64,000 bases of DNA from assembly GCF_041956535.1 (NCBI RefSeq), contig NW_027192206.1:461488-525487 (forward strand). The letters run 5' to 3'. The DNA is from Calcarisporiella thermophila CBS 279.70. Taxonomy: Eukaryota > Fungi > Calcarisporiellomycota. Below are positions 60,937-64,000 of the stretch, one piece after another (position 1 is the first letter of the stretch; the number at the start of each line of letters is the position of its first letter). The translations under genes were made by a program, and so were the position numbers. The notes under the pieces are model-generated. The model did not search any database. It was not told where the DNA came from and saw only the letters and a list, made by a program, of their open reading frames with translations.

Positions 60937-62881
60937 TCATGCGAAATTATTCCCCAATCTTGATTTCTTAAATAAAGATATCTTTTTTTGCTCCTCCTCT
61001 TCCTCTTCATTATCGTCCGCTTCATGCCCAGGTATTGGTAAAAGGTCGTCGATGACAGGAATATCCGGTTTAGTTCCATCAAAAGAAAAACCTCCACTAG
61101 CAGCTATCATATCATGCCGACGTCGATAATAATCCCTTGAAATCTGGTTGGGATAGTATAAGTGCTTGCAATCAGAAATAGGATAATATTGCATAGGATT
61201 TTACCTCTTTCATTTGCATTTTATACTCGAATTCCTCATCGTCAAATTGCTCTGACTCACGTTCTACCACAACGGACTTCATTAAATCTTCACTCTGCTT
61301 ATTCTTGGCAGCGGACGCAAGTTTTTTAGGATTTGAGGAGGATGCAGATGACGAGGATTGCATCGATTGCTTAAATCTCGACATTTTCCGAGGGGCAGTT
61401 GCAATCTCAGGTGGAGCGGGAGATGAGGAGGACTCAGACACAGAGATAGAATTTGTTTTAATAGTTTGATGTATAGGGTCAGTTTGCTGTATCTGTTGCT
61501 GCAGCTTCTGTTGCTTGAAAACGGATACTTTCGGCTGGGAACTCTGTACTCTAGTGGAATTAGCAGGTTTAGAAGGCGGGGCAACAGCCGTATTGACATT
61601 CCTTTCCTTCACAACCCCAATTGCGTCCGAAGAAGCCTGTTGTCTTTGTTGCATAAACCGAGACAGTTTTTTCTTCTCTGTCCCCGTATCCGATAGCCCG
61701 CGTTCCTTTACTTCTTTTATCTCCTTTCGTACCTCACCAGGTCCTCTCATTGTTTGTAGAGACCGAACTAATTGCGCAGCCAGTAGCTCATCTCCCTCCT
61801 CTATCACATCCATATCATCCTCGTCCCCCCCTTCACTATCATCTGATAATTCTTCGCGGAATCTTACTTGTTTCCTAGTCGGACTGGTGCTACTTTGTCG
61901 AAGTGCGCTCTTAATTGATGGCTCTTCCACACTTGTAGGTGTGGACGAATACGGCAGGAAATCATTTGGCTCCTCGTCATTTACTTCTAATTCATCTTGC
62001 TCTTCTTCGAGTTCAAGTTGGCGTAGTCGGGCGAGAATATCCTCGTCTTCCTTTTGCTCCTCTAAAGATTTCTCTTGTACAATAACTACAAGAGACAAAA
62101 TAGGTGAATTACAGAGCTATCAGAAAAAAAAATATTCTACTGAAATATTACCTCGAGCCTGCTCTCTTCCTTTACCCTTTTCAACCTTTTTGGGTGTTTG
62201 TTCTTCATCAGAATGATATTCTTCCATAATTTCAACTATCGGCAAGCCTTCTTCATTAGTCTAATAGAAGTTTAATAAGTATAGGCTCTAATGCAAAATA
62301 AGTGAAGCTTATTCAAAGAATTTCACGCATACCCCTCTAGTAAACGTTCCTGATTTCGTAGCTGCTCCAGGTGCTACTTCCAACTTGATCTTTATCTCTT
62401 CAACATTTTTGCGAAGATTTTCGATTTGCTCCTGAGTATCTGTTGAGAAGAAAGAGATAAATTAAGTAATTCGCAGTTTCGTTAAAACACCAATTAAACT
62501 AGGTAGTAACCATTCAATCTGCGGTCAATAATATCGCAAGCCTGAGATGCGCTTCGTTCAGCGAAATATTCTTCACCTAGCCTCACCATAACCTCATTGG
62601 TGTGTATGAGTTTGCCAGGAACAAAAGCACACTTGCCTAGTGGTACCTTTGTGAACATGATTTGTAATAATCAGGCTTAGTTACGATCTAAGGACTACAA
62701 GTCAACGGCTCTTTACCATAACCTGATGTGAGGTTTTTGAAGGCAAATCAGAGAGCAATGCTTTAAGAGATTGATATCCCTGGTGGACAGAGATGGCCTC
62801 TTGAAGCGTCCGTTCTGAAGCATGGAGAGAATCTTGCATAAGCTGCAGATATCTTCTCGTTTCTTCCTCTGAAATTTCCAT
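60937..62881 (-). CDS. BUD27: Unconventional prefoldin RPB5 interactor (URI1/Bud27), multi-exon
   Basis: VPLGKCAFVPGKLIHTNEVMVRLGEEYFAERSASQA, NEEGLPIVEIME, repeated K(L/V/M/I)S(R/V/L)FK motifs. Confidence 0.85.
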
Positions 62882-63048
62882 GGTCGCTACGGGATTTTAG
62901 TCACCACGTTAACTAAGTTCGCGTTTTTGACTGCTCAATAATCGAGGTCACAAAATAGGTCGCAGTGTTAATTTGTCTGTAAACAAGGAATTCAAAGTCA
63001 CTTTTTTGTCTTGACCTTCTCTTCTGCAACCGAGAGAATCCGACAACC

Positions 63049-64000
63049 ATGGTGGCTAAAAAAGATGACGATTTTGTAATGACAATAGACGAGGAGGAAG
63101 ATATCCCCTATCTTGAGGAGGAAAACGAAGATCTAGAAGAGGACGAAGAAGCTAACCAGAAGAAGTCGAATAAAAAGAAGAAAGAGTCAAAAGCCGCCAA
63201 AAAGAAGGGCGAGGATGCAGACGGGCTAGATCCAAACTTTACATTTGATATTGGTGGCGGCGCACATGCTGGTCCATTGCATGCATGGGATTTCAAAGAG
63301 GCTAGGGCCTTATTAAAGGAAAAAGCAACTGTAGGTTCTCCTTTGACTCTATTGTAGGTTTAAATTATCTTTGACATTCAATACTTTGCTAGACTTCCGC
63401 ATTAGATATCGACGAAATTATTGAAAGAAAGAGAACTTCTAATAAGTCTAAGGGAAAAAATGATAAAAAGAAACAGGATAAAACAGCAACCAAAGAGCCC
63501 ACTATTGATGACGACGATGAGGATATTGCGGCGGATGGATTTGGTGGAGGTGCCTCTGATGAAGAATTGGAAGAAGCTCATGAATTCGTTGATTTAGATA
63601 GTGAAGAGGATGAAGAGGAAGGATCAGCGGGAGAAGATGAAAATTTAGAAGGTGACGAAGAAGAGGAAAACGACGAAGTCGAGGATGAGGACGAAGACGA
63701 GGACGAAGAAGATGATGAAGAGGATGACGATGAAGATGACGAAGAGAATGAAGATGACGATGACGATGACGACGAAAATGAGGAGGAAGATGAATATGAA
63801 AAAGAGGTGCGTTAATTTCGATTAAATGCGTTTCGAACGATTTTATTTATTTTGCAATTTTAGCGTAAAAAAGAATACTTCGCACCGGAAGCCGAGAACC
63901 CTGACGAAATACACGAATCCTTCGCCTCCATGAATCTCTCACGTCCCATTATGAAGGGGCTTACGCAAGTCGGTTTTGTTCAGCCCACTTCCATTCAAGC
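63049..64000 (+). CDS. DRS1: DEAD-box RNA helicase Drs1/DDX27, 3'-truncated by the window edge
   Basis: N-terminal [18 protein letters not shown]; long acidic tract; Q-motif [27 protein letters not shown]. Confidence 0.9.

Overview
This is a gene-dense eukaryotic (fungal) window. It has short GT-AG introns with CTRAY branch points and uses the standard genetic code. An early-diverging lineage such as Mucoromycota is inferred from gene content and style, not proven. About 28 protein-coding genes can be supported, mostly housekeeping: RGS Sst2/FlbA (5'-partial), RPL17, epsin, 3-hydroxyisobutyrate dehydrogenase, glucosylceramide synthase, DUF4203 membrane protein, OFA-type MFS, alpha/beta hydrolase, SGNH-like protein, TALE homeobox TF, FOL1, NAT3, TPR-MBL fusion, GLO3, MET17, LDB17-like, TBC, BAR-SH3, OSR1/SPAK-like kinase, two nucleotide-sugar transporters, ThrRS, PIP5K, URI1/BUD27 and DRS1 (3'-partial). 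There is one assembly gap. The standout is an intronless gene with no signal peptide (17483-19888, minus strand). It fuses a complete copper-radical oxidase (AA5/GlxA-like) to a six-repeat lectin-like beta-propeller and is a candidate horizontally acquired, glycan-targeted H2O2-producing chimerolectin. Other leads are a transporter with no in-frame AUG before its first TM helix, a PEAK1/MPRIP-like Cys/His motif on a BAR-SH3 protein, two apparent pseudo-enzymes (SGNH, TBC), a TPR-glyoxalase-II-like fusion, a uORF over the homeobox start, and two unannotated small gene candidates. No tRNA, rRNA, CRISPR array or intact transposon was recognised. Multi-exon CDS coordinates are start-to-stop spans read by eye.
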